From the NCBI RefSeq assembly GCF_006345805.1, contig NC_043005.1:89900001-89964000 (forward strand): a DNA stretch of 64,000 nucleotides, given 5' to 3'. The translations under genes were made by a program, and so were the position numbers. Source of the DNA: Octopus sinensis. Taxonomy: Eukaryota. The notes beneath the pieces are model-generated. The model was not told the DNA's origin. It searched no databases and saw only the letters and a program-made list of their open reading frames with translations. Shown here piece by piece: positions 63,857-64,000 of this stretch. Position 1 is the first letter of the stretch. Every line of letters begins with the position of its first letter.

Positions 63857-64000
63857 GTAAGCAAACAACAATAAAACACCATAAATTTCCACTTTTAAAT
63901 TTGAATGCAAGTTCAATTATGTTCTGTCGTTTATTCTTTGTCTGTTCTCATCGATTAGAAGGAGCCCTTTCAGATGTTTTAATCATATCAACAACTTTGT

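Overview
Eukaryotic, AT-rich, microsatellite-dense animal genomic DNA. It is most likely an octopus/cephalopod; this is inferred from the tRNA-SINE families, repeat landscape and gene architecture, not verified. The only host genes I can support are two tandem + strand SLC22 / organic cation transporter-like genes. Gene 1 contributes its 3' part: exons 10605-10813 (frame-broken as assembled), 15196-15422, 20870-21051, 22359-22522 and 23041-23119 (stop). Gene 2 contributes its 5' part: exons 39556-39698, 49502-49724, 58429-58532 and 63702-63856, and runs off the window. Introns and the intergenic region are filled with decayed transposons: RTE LINEs (one near full length, one nested in another with a 7-bp TSD), R4/Dong-like REL retrotransposons in trinucleotide microsatellites, Penelope-like GIY-YIG fragments with hammerhead-ribozyme motifs and inverted duplications, Tc1/mariner elements, Helitrons, a Gypsy integrase remnant and several SINE families. 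The most unusual items are (i) an ORF1/Gag-only CCHC retroelement-like unit with four conserved stem-loops in its 3' UTR, (ii) large-loop hammerhead ribozymes, all antisense to the host genes, (iii) a 352-bp inverted repeat inserted in a SINE microsatellite, and (iv) Helitrons with stacked 5' ends. Most short ORFs in the supplied track are microsatellite or antisense artefacts. TE boundaries are approximate; exon, hairpin and TSD coordinates were read base by base.
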